24,602 nucleotides of DNA, from the IMG/VR virus record IMGVR_UViG_3300020043_002908, positions 1 through 24,602 of that record; one strand, given 5' to 3'. Position numbers and translations under genes: made by a program. This document shows positions 16,419 through 24,091 of the stretch, in pieces. Under the pieces are notes generated by a model. The model ran no database searches. It was not told where the DNA came from and saw nothing but the letters and a program-made list of their open reading frames with translations. Source of the stretch: a virus. Its lineage: Duplodnaviria; Caudoviricetes. Positions within the stretch are counted from its first letter, which is position 1. Each line of letters starts with the position of its first letter.

Positions 16419-17041
16419 GCGAACATCCGCATTCGGCGATATGGCTCGACAAGTTGTGCGACATCTGGGTCGAGTGCGCGTGTCACTCGTATCGCACCCA
16501 AGTCTCCGAAGCCGGCAACGCCGAGCGGTGAATCGTAACGCTTGAAGATTCTTGATGCCTGAATGATGACAGCTTGTGTTATCGGTTCAGGCACAGACGG
16601 CCAACCATAAACTGCGGTCAGTTGCACCAATGCTTCCGACCCGTAGTTCGCGTTCAAGGTTGGGAATAGATAGTCGCCGACTGCACGGATCCGTGTATAA
16701 GGAACTGTGAGTCCGTCCAAGATTCCGTTTACTGGTTCTAGTTGCCAGTCTGTTGGACTCCATGTCACATCGAAGTTGCCGTCAGCAAGTGTCGAAGTCT
16801 TGAGAGTAATTGCAGTTGATGAGATGTCATCAATCTCGCAAACATATTCGTCACCAGCAGTGAACACTCGTGTCGTTGCTGAACCGTAAGCCCAGAACTG
16901 TCTGTTCGCATAACCATCAATGAGTCGACTCGCCGCACCAGCACAGTTGTCTATCAGATCGTCATCTTGTGTGTCCGCAGTCCCGATCCTGAGAGCGGCT
17001 TTGATTTGATTTCTGGTCGCATAACCATTGACGATACTCAT
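16415..17041 (-). CDS. Head-to-tail adaptor (gp6/gp15-like)
   Basis: NGYAT, AASRLIDGY..RQF, YGWPSVPEPI.QA, LDPDVAQLV.PYRR motifs. Confidence 0.85.
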   Translation of the reverse strand: MSIVNGYATRNQIKAALRIGTADTQDDDLIDNCAGAASRLIDGYANRQFWAYGSATTRVFTAGDEYVCEIDDISSTAITLKTSTLADGNFDVTWSPTDWQLEPVNGILDGLTVPYTRIRAVGDYLFPTLNANYGSEALVQLTAVYGWPSVPEPITQAVIIQASRIFKRYDSPLGVAGFGDLGAIRVTRALDPDVAQLVEPYRRMRMFA

Positions 17042-17058
17042 AGTTCCTTTATCCTACT

Positions 17059-17814
17059 TCAGAGCGTCTGTGTTTGTTCGATGAACAAATCTAGTTGCTC
17101 AGCCATTGTCGGGAAGTAGTCAAGATAAGCCTGATACGACTTGCCGACTTCCGCTTTCGCTTCATCAACTTTTGATGCACAGTTCACGGCACCAAATATC
17201 TTCATCGGTCCAGCAGTCAGATGGGACAGATCCCAACCTTCGTTTTCGATGATGACAACTGGACAGCCGCACAAAGTTGCCTCATGGACCAGCGCAGTGT
17301 ACGCATCAAATGAGATTAGATATTCAGCCGACCGCAATGCTTCCGCAAGTTCTTTGCGTGTAGACGGCCAAGAATGTGTGATCAACTTTGCACCATCAGG
17401 GACATGACCGATCTGACCTTTACCGATCCACACCAACACACCAGACCGCTCACCGTCACCAGGATGAAAGATGTCAGGTTCCAGATAAGGCACATTCAGC
17501 ACAGGACTTTTGTTGATGTTCGGATGCCAAACAAACTGCAACCCATCCTTCGCCTCATGATTCAATAACCACCAAACAACACGACTCGAACCCGAAGGAT
17601 TACCTTGAACGATCTCAGGATAAACATGAATCGCATCATCGGGAATCTCAACACACTCAGGTACCGACCACGGATTGTCAACGAACGGACCGTGAGTCAT
17701 TTTCATCTCTGCTTGCAATCCGCGATCACGCAATAATTTTCCGAGCAGATACAGCACTCGAATCCCACCAGAGACACGCCGATATTCAGGCGACCAAATC
17801 ACATACGGCTTCAC
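17059..17814 (-). CDS. Glycosyltransferase-like protein (divergent GT-B)
   Basis: SGGIRVLY, VYPEI, EATLCGCPVV motifs; start reassigned to GTG 17814 (GTGA coupling). Confidence 0.65.
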   Translation of the reverse strand: MKPYVIWSPEYRRVSGGIRVLYLLGKLLRDRGLQAEMKMTHGPFVDNPWSVPECVEIPDDAIHVYPEIVQGNPSGSSRVVWWLLNHEAKDGLQFVWHPNINKSPVLNVPYLEPDIFHPGDGERSGVLVWIGKGQIGHVPDGAKLITHSWPSTRKELAEALRSAEYLISFDAYTALVHEATLCGCPVVIIENEGWDLSHLTAGPMKIFGAVNCASKVDEAKAEVGKSYQAYLDYFPTMAEQLDLFIEQTQTL

Positions 17815-18545
17815 CGCCGAAACCGCCAACTGTCAGGATGCTTACCGGCAACAACCCACTTCGGCCAATCCGCAGCAACATCAACCTCATTCAACTTGTT
17901 GCCATTCACGAACACTCCGTCACGCAAACAGTCACGCATCTTCAATTCAATGTCGCCAACATTCAACTCGTGATGACTGAACTGTCGCAACTTGTTCACG
18001 CACCGATCCACTCCACCCATCCACCCAAGATGCCAACCACCAACCAACTTCGGCATCGTATAGCGGTCAACCTGTCGCATCTTGTTAGCGGTACTGGTGC
18101 GCTGACCCCACGGACCAGCAACACAAGTCAACTCCATCGGTGCTTCCCAATGGACACTGAACACAAGATGACGCATCATTACCGAATGCCAACCATGACA
18201 AAACCGTTCAAGCATCGAAGGCGACCAAATCTCATCAACATCACAAACCGTCACCACATCACCATCCTCAACCGCCAACTTGTTGAAAGTGTGGAACAGA
18301 TAATTGCGTGTAGTTTGTTCAACTATCCACGGGTCAGGATTGACAGGTGTCATGAAGTCAACCCAATAAATCTTGTTTGCCCACGGTTCAAATCGTTCAC
18401 GACTCTCACGGACTTTCGGTAAACCAGTAAACGACTTGTCGCCTTCAATGATGACAAACAGATCAACCGTGTCAGCCAATTCCCACAACCGGCATTCGAG
18501 CATGTCGGCTTCGCCGTTGTATAGAACGCCGTCAAATACTTTCAT
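17811..18545 (-). CDS. Glycosyltransferase family 17-like (GlcNAc-transferase III-like)
   Basis: FD..LYNGE.DMLE.RL.EL...VD.FVIIE...SFTG.PK, DVDEI, GGWHL.WMGG, FSH.E; start ATG 18545 (TGATG). Confidence 0.85.
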   Translation of the reverse strand: MKVFDGVLYNGEADMLECRLWELADTVDLFVIIEGDKSFTGLPKVRESRERFEPWANKIYWVDFMTPVNPDPWIVEQTTRNYLFHTFNKLAVEDGDVVTVCDVDEIWSPSMLERFCHGWHSVMMRHLVFSVHWEAPMELTCVAGPWGQRTSTANKMRQVDRYTMPKLVGGWHLGWMGGVDRCVNKLRQFSHHELNVGDIELKMRDCLRDGVFVNGNKLNEVDVAADWPKWVVAGKHPDSWRFRR

Positions 18546-19198
18546 CAATCCCAACTCAGGTCTAGGCGGCGTTGAAGATCCCATTGACCTGCGTCAAGTC
18601 TCGCGTTGCGAAGATTGAACAATTCAAGATTCGACATGAAACTTTTCGAGTTCTTGCCTTGCAACGAAACATCTGACAAGAGTGTCGACGAGTTGTCGTG
18701 CATGATGATGTCTTGTGATTTGCGGATATTTATGTTGAGCCGCACAGCGCGACGCTCATAGTCATTGTCTTCGAAGTATGCCGGATGGAACGCTTCACAA
18801 AACAAGCCGACATCCTTGACAACCTCAGAACCGATCCACGCACAAGCCCAATCTGGTGAACCTGTCAGATGAATCTCGTTCGGGTAACACTGTTCCCAGA
18901 ACTGTTCAAGTTTGTTTGGCATGAACCAGGCGTCCGAGTTGAGAAGAATCCAACCAGATGCGAACGGTGTCATTTTGATACCAAGATTCCAAGATGTCGC
19001 CACACCAAGATTGCTGGGCATGTCCATGATGTAGGTTTTGCCGTGCCGACTGTGGCGTGGCATCACCAAACAATCTTCTTCAATCTTGCCTCCGTTGTCG
19101 ATGATGATGATCTTGTCGACAGGGAAGTCAAGTGAATCTATGCAGCGTTCAAGTAGGTCATATCGATTGAGGACTGGAATGATTACGACCGGCACCAC
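18545..19198 (-). CDS. Glycosyltransferase family 2
   Basis: IIPVLNR, IIIDNG, NLGVATSWNLG, LNSD, YFEDND motifs; GTG 19198 behind AAGGAG. Confidence 0.9.
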   Translation of the reverse strand: MVPVVIIPVLNRYDLLERCIDSLDFPVDKIIIIDNGGKIEEDCLVMPRHSRHGKTYIMDMPSNLGVATSWNLGIKMTPFASGWILLNSDAWFMPNKLEQFWEQCYPNEIHLTGSPDWACAWIGSEVVKDVGLFCEAFHPAYFEDNDYERRAVRLNINIRKSQDIIMHDNSSTLLSDVSLQGKNSKSFMSNLELFNLRNARLDAGQWDLQRRLDLSWD

Positions 19199-20478
19199 GC
19201 GGACAACTCCTTCATCACAGGCTTCCAATACTGCTCAAATACGGCGTCGGCTCCATACCCTTGAGCATGGGTAATACCCGTCTCAGAACGGCTCCTAGGC
19301 GCGTCATAGGCCAATCTGAGAGCATTAACTATCTCAGGGACCGAAGGTGTGAAGAACCATGAGTTCTGTGCCGCATCCCACCATGGCTGACCTTCAACCG
19401 TCCAACCGTCACCAACTAGCTCAGGTTGTGCCGTGAAGTTTGAGACAATCACACGACAACCGCAGGCTTGTGCTTCGATGACCGGTATCCCGAACCCTTC
19501 ACCCATCGAGCAGGCGAGCAGAACATCTGTCGCCGTGTACATCGCAGCCATCAGATTCTGTGGCATGCCGTGCCGGTAGGCGTACTGGTCGACGATCTTG
19601 TATTTATCTTGAGGAACACCGCAAGCATCAAGCAATGCAATCAGGTTGATTCCAGCCATCGCACCCATCGGTTCTGTGTAGAGATATAGCACCGCGTCAG
19701 GATGATCTTGAGCGAAGATGGAGAACGCAAGAATGTTTTCAGCCCAAGATTTACGAGCAGGATGCGCACCCTTGTTCGTCGCAATCATCGAGATCACGAA
19801 TCTGTCTTCTTCCCAACCCATGAACTCACGGCCAGTCATCTTCGTACCATTCGCCAAAGTCACCGACTCGGTCGGCTTGAACACAGATTCGATCGCATGA
19901 GGAACATAAAGATGCTCAACACCCGCAGCATCCAACATGCGTGAACCGAACTTCGACATCGCGATCGGTTTCACATTGTCACGCTCACACCATTTCAATA
20001 CTTCTGGCGGTGTCGGCTGATGATCAATCGGAACCCACGAAGCGATGTTCTTCCAATCTTTCAACGATTCAGATTTCAACACCCACACATCAAACAATGT
20101 CATCATCAATGTCGGTGTCGACAGATCTTGGTTCGCCCATTCCATTGTGTGTGCGACAAGCACATCGTCGGAGTATGCCGACAATCCTTGCGGATACATT
20201 TTGAAACCATTCCAAGTCGATGCCGAACCCGCAAGTCCGTACATCGCATGGACTGCTATTTCATGGCCTTCTTTCGCGAGCCTTTGGATGGCTTGCGCGG
20301 TTTGCTGACCGTATCCTGTTGCGGCCCAAGGTGCATTGCTGTACCAAAGGATTCTGAGTCGGTCGGGATTGACAGTTCGGATGTTTCCAAGTAATGCGCT
20401 GCGCCCGCTCGGACTAATCTCTCCGCTAAATATCCGGGCATCTCCACCGGTCGCCCTTTTACGATTACCTTTTCCCAC
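19183..20478 (-). CDS. Glycosyltransferase family 4 (GT-B)
   Basis: TGYGQQT, YVPHAI, GEGFGIPVIEAQACG motifs; start position uncertain. Confidence 0.92.
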   Translation of the reverse strand: MGKGNRKRATGGDARIFSGEISPSGRSALLGNIRTVNPDRLRILWYSNAPWAATGYGQQTAQAIQRLAKEGHEIAVHAMYGLAGSASTWNGFKMYPQGLSAYSDDVLVAHTMEWANQDLSTPTLMMTLFDVWVLKSESLKDWKNIASWVPIDHQPTPPEVLKWCERDNVKPIAMSKFGSRMLDAAGVEHLYVPHAIESVFKPTESVTLANGTKMTGREFMGWEEDRFVISMIATNKGAHPARKSWAENILAFSIFAQDHPDAVLYLYTEPMGAMAGINLIALLDACGVPQDKYKIVDQYAYRHGMPQNLMAAMYTATDVLLACSMGEGFGIPVIEAQACGCRVIVSNFTAQPELVGDGWTVEGQPWWDAAQNSWFFTPSVPEIVNALRLAYDAPRSRSETGITHAQGYGADAVFEQYWKPVMKELSAWCRS

Positions 20479-20480
20479 AT
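20256..20480 (-). CDS. 74-aa small basic protein after capsid gene, overprinted on the GT4 5' end
   Basis: AGGAGGatcATG; AERLVRAGAA core and Lys/Arg tail resembling small post-capsid virion proteins. Confidence 0.55.
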   Translation of the reverse strand: MWEKVIVKGRPVEMPGYLAERLVRAGAAHYLETSELSIPTDSESFGTAMHLGPQQDTVSKPRKPSKGSRKKAMK

Positions 20481-20510
20481 GATCCTCCTAAGTTTAGTGC
20501 AGATACAGGA

Positions 20511-20547
20511 AAGCCTCGGCAAGTCCTGCACGACCTTGCCGAGGCTT
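20511..20547 (-). promoter_or_regulatory. Perfect 13-bp hairpin with loop GUCGUGCAGGA
   Basis: AAGCCTCGGCAAG / CTTGCCGAGGCTT followed by TCCTGTATCTGCAC; could also act as a weak terminator after the capsid gene. Confidence 0.75.
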
Positions 20548-20557
20548 AATCCTAGTC

Positions 20558-20575
20558 ACAGTCCTTGCGGACTGT
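20558..20575 (-). other. GNRA-tetraloop hairpin downstream of capsid stop
   Basis: Sense ACAGTCC-GCAA-GGACTGT. Confidence 0.65.
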
Positions 20576-20604
20576 CATGTCTTATTGGTTTTACTTCCTG
20601 ATTA

Positions 20605-21801
20605 TCAGGATGCGCCACCAACGAAGTGTTTGACATGTGATGTTTGTGGCAAGTTGCCATCGACACGCATTGTTGCGCGGAAGGTAACAAGGCCTGTGTT
20701 GAAAGCGAAGTCATCGCTTCGATCCAAACGGATTCCACCAACTTGACGAACATAGTACGAAGGAAGGTGTCCGAAGATTACCGACTTGTTCGCTGTTCCT
20801 GTTGCTGCCATTGCTGGGTTCTCAAACACTGGGTAGCCCAAGAGCAAGTCTTGTGCATCAGCGTTGAGTGCTGGTGAGAACACATAGTTGCCTGCTGTGT
20901 CCTTCAACGAGCGCATCTTCGCGATTGAACCCGAGTTCATTTGGAAGCCTGAACCAGCCAAACGACGACCTGCTGTGTCTACCGAGTAGACCAAGCTGAT
21001 CAAGTTGTCTGCTGTGAAAGCACCAGTCACACCTGTTCCGCCAGTTACGCCGGCAGCAGATGCTGCGACGATACCTTTTGGTTGGTTTGTGCCTGTACCA
21101 GTTGTCAATGCTGCGTTGACTCGGTAACCGAGTTCGTTGCCGACTTCGGTTGCCAAGAATCCGAGGATGTCAACACCGCTGTCTTCGATCAACTCTGTTG
21201 AGAGTTGTACGAGGAATGAGTACTTGTATGCACCCAAGGTGATGAACGAGTTGAATACTGGATCGGATTCAGCGATTGCTGTGCCTTCACCAGTGATTGC
21301 TGCAGTTGAATACTGAGCAAGCGATGGAATCTGAAGATTCTCACCTGATGCCGTGTTCAAGATTGTTGATGTCTGGAGCATCGGACCAACATGACGAGCA
21401 AGCATGATGACTTGGTCGTAGAACGATGTTGGTACTGGTGAACCAGTCGAAGTCTTTACGACATCGCGCTTTTCAAACGAGTGTGAACGGATCTCGCCTT
21501 TTGCCATCGAGCGGATGACTTCTGCATCTGAACGAACACCGCGTGGTGCGTCAGCGACAGGACGAACCTGGTCTGCGAACTCGCGTGTTGCTGCATCCAA
21601 ACGAAGTTCACGAGCCTCATCGGCACGGAGCTTCTCGATTGTTGCTTGGCGATCCTCAAGTTCTTTGCTGATGCGCTCGTATGTCTGTGTTTCTTCTGCT
21701 GACAGGTCACGCTTTTCAGCGGCTGCAACATCAAGAATCTTCTTTGCGGCTTCCCACGCTGTTGCGCGTTGTGCCATTTGTTGTTCAATAAATTGTTTCA
21801 T
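20605..21801 (-). CDS. Major capsid protein, HK97 family, with N-terminal delta (scaffold) domain
   Basis: Coiled-coil N-terminus ending EKR|D (~R112); AESDP.F..ITLGAYK, STELIEDS, GTG..QPKGI, LKDTAGNY, LLGYPV motifs. Confidence 0.97.
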   Translation of the reverse strand: MKQFIEQQMAQRATAWEAAKKILDVAAAEKRDLSAEETQTYERISKELEDRQATIEKLRADEARELRLDAATREFADQVRPVADAPRGVRSDAEVIRSMAKGEIRSHSFEKRDVVKTSTGSPVPTSFYDQVIMLARHVGPMLQTSTILNTASGENLQIPSLAQYSTAAITGEGTAIAESDPVFNSFITLGAYKYSFLVQLSTELIEDSGVDILGFLATEVGNELGYRVNAALTTGTGTNQPKGIVAASAAGVTGGTGVTGAFTADNLISLVYSVDTAGRRLAGSGFQMNSGSIAKMRSLKDTAGNYVFSPALNADAQDLLLGYPVFENPAMAATGTANKSVIFGHLPSYYVRQVGGIRLDRSDDFAFNTGLVTFRATMRVDGNLPQTSHVKHFVGGAS

Positions 21802-21917
21802 GATTTCTCCATGAGTAGTGGTTGATTGGGTGTGCGCAGGAAGATTGTATTCCGATGGCGCGGAACGCTGACCAATCTCTAGTCGTAGCGGGACGCTTAC
21901 CGACAGAATGAACTATA
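21802..21917 (-). promoter_or_regulatory. Putative capsid promoter and structured 5' leader
   Basis: TATAGT at 21912-21917; two stem-loops; repeated AGCGTYCCGC (21860-21869, 21888-21897); GGAG RBS. Confidence 0.55.
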
Positions 21918-21926
21918 GACGAGAAT

Positions 21927-23819
21927 CTAGAAGTTTTTCAACAGTTCAAGTTTTTTCGCCAACAAATTAACCGTGTGAGGAACTTTGGCTGGTTCGGCAC
22001 GAAGTTTGCTGACCGCACTAGACAACAGATCAGCCGACTCATCGGACAAAGTGTTGCCTGATTCGAGCATCGTGATCGCCTCAGCGAGCTTGTCTGCGTC
22101 AACGCCTGTGCGTTCTGCAAGGATGTCAAGAGAACGGACCGATGCCGAGGTTGCTTTGTAGGCAGGGAAGCCTGTCACGACCGACACTTCATGTAAACGG
22201 ATTTGGCGTAGTTCGCGGGTCATGCCATCATCTGACCATTTGTCTCCACCGGAAGGAACCGAGAAGCCGAACGACATCGAGTCAACATCGCCGCGTTGCA
22301 TCAGGACGCTCAGGTCACGGCCGACAGTTGTGTCTGGCAGATCGGCGTTCACCAACAAACCTTTTGAATCTTCTTCAAGTCGCAAAGTCTTTGACCGTGT
22401 CGAAGCGAGAAGCATCGACGAATCATGGTTCATATACATCTTGATTGTGTTGCGACCTTTCAACGATTTGCGGAATGCACCTGGTGCGATTCGCTCGATG
22501 AACGGTAGTGGTTCGGAGTCTGAGTTGAAGACTGCTGCGTAACCTGTGAATGACATTCCTTCACCAGTCGGACCTGCGCGCAACTCGAACTCGTTGACTT
22601 GGATGCGGCGTGTCTCAACCTTGTTGTCTTCCATGCCTGGAATGTTAGCAAAGTATTCAGTCTTGGCGCGATGAAACGAGAACAAACCTCGTTCGTCTTT
22701 AATCGCATTCGCTTTACGCTCAAACCAATCTCGTGCCGGTTGAGGGTTCAACGGGTTGATGCCCCACAGGTAATGTGCGACCGCACCCGCGCCAGGGAAC
22801 TGGTCGTTGCTTGCATCAGAGTTCTTCGGTGCCTGTAGATCTACCGAGTGTCGTTGCGCCCAAGCGTTCGCACGGATCACTTTGTCTTCCGTGATCTGGC
22901 CTCGTGCCATGTCTCGTGCTTCACGAACGGTTCTATCGACCAGCCCTTCACCCGCGAGACCTTGACCGTAGTAGTCCAATCCTTTTCTTGCCGCGCTGCG
23001 AATGTAGACAGGTATCTCAAGAGATACCTGGCGAACCATCTCTTCTTCTTCGTGACCTTCTTCTTCCTCTTCTTCTTCCATTTCTTCTTCGTGTGGTTGC
23101 CATGCGTTGCAATAGAATCCGCCGTCAACATATTCATCCCATCTCTCGCACCATGCTTTGAGATTGTTGCCTTCTTCGATGACATCATCTTCGTCATAGA
23201 AGTGGCAGTTCCCGCAAGCGCGACCGTCAGGAACATCAGCCGAAAGCGCAGGCCGATAGTTGTCAGGTAACGCACGGTCAGCCGCCGAATACTTCGGATG
23301 ATCAATATGCAACAGATCGTTGTCCGTGATGTAGGCAGGATTCTCTGGACGACCAACACGACTCAAATACATGAACGCATTCACTCGCGCCATCGCCCAT
23401 TGCGCACGACCAATACCAGGACGATGCGAAGTCGAATACGCACCAGCACCGCGACGATACACAGACTTCAAAACACCGAGCGTCACACGAGTCCACACAG
23501 GACGATTCTCTGCATCCATCTTCTCGTTGTGATCGGTCACTTTGTTTCGCAACGCCGTCTCGGTTGCTTCATTGATTTCTATCCCACCTTGCTTACCTGC
23601 CGCCGACCCAGCAGGGTTCTTGTCGCTACCTGTGATCTGGTCTGATGGTGGTGCCGGTGCGCGTTCGCCACCTGGTTCCATGTCTTCAGCGATAGACACC
23701 GCGACCATCTGATCAACCGCATCCTGTTTCGTCGAATGACAACCGATTACTTCGCCATCTTCTTTGATGGTTGCCCACCCAGAACAGTCTGGTGATTTGT
23801 CGGTGATGAAGTAAGGCAT
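21927..23819 (-). CDS. HK97-family prohead protease with ~395-aa multi-domain N-terminal extension (includes HiPIP-like module)
   Basis: C-terminal GYAAVF, ERIAPGAF, NHD (His), MSFGF (Ser), LHEVSVV.FPAY motifs; directly upstream of the capsid gene. Confidence 0.93.
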   Translation of the reverse strand: MPYFITDKSPDCSGWATIKEDGEVIGCHSTKQDAVDQMVAVSIAEDMEPGGERAPAPPSDQITGSDKNPAGSAAGKQGGIEINEATETALRNKVTDHNEKMDAENRPVWTRVTLGVLKSVYRRGAGAYSTSHRPGIGRAQWAMARVNAFMYLSRVGRPENPAYITDNDLLHIDHPKYSAADRALPDNYRPALSADVPDGRACGNCHFYDEDDVIEEGNNLKAWCERWDEYVDGGFYCNAWQPHEEEMEEEEEEEGHEEEEMVRQVSLEIPVYIRSAARKGLDYYGQGLAGEGLVDRTVREARDMARGQITEDKVIRANAWAQRHSVDLQAPKNSDASNDQFPGAGAVAHYLWGINPLNPQPARDWFERKANAIKDERGLFSFHRAKTEYFANIPGMEDNKVETRRIQVNEFELRAGPTGEGMSFTGYAAVFNSDSEPLPFIERIAPGAFRKSLKGRNTIKMYMNHDSSMLLASTRSKTLRLEEDSKGLLVNADLPDTTVGRDLSVLMQRGDVDSMSFGFSVPSGGDKWSDDGMTRELRQIRLHEVSVVTGFPAYKATSASVRSLDILAERTGVDADKLAEAITMLESGNTLSDESADLLSSAVSKLRAEPAKVPHTVNLLAKKLELLKNF

Positions 23820-24082
23820 TACGGCGTGATCAATGTGAAGGCAACTGCGTGACCTTCTTTGGTTGATATTGCGTACATGCTTTGCCCTGGGTAAACAGCA
23901 AAGTCTTCTGATGCGCTTTTCTGTAGTGCGTGTCCTGCGTTCACTGTGATTGCTGGACCGCCGAGAAAGATTGTGTCGGTGTTGTCAAGATTGCTGACAT
24001 GCAGTTGCCCTGGATTAACTCCAGCGTGACTGATAAGTGTTGCGGCCGTTCCGACCGTGATTGATCCGTTTGTCATTGGCAT
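23819..24082 (-). CDS. Small beta-rich protein in head module
   Basis: TAATG-coupled to the protease; GAGGT RBS. Confidence 0.75.
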   Translation of the reverse strand: MPMTNGSITVGTAATLISHAGVNPGQLHVSNLDNTDTIFLGGPAITVNAGHALQKSASEDFAVYPGQSMYAISTKEGHAVAFTLITP

Positions 24083-24091
24083 GGTGTTACC

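Noticed and set aside
10304-17056. TAGGAT -10-like hexamers at gene junctions (10304, 17051) as internal promoters
   Set aside because: TANNNT is common by chance, especially near stops and purine-rich RBSs, and no -35 is visible; not supportable without TSS data
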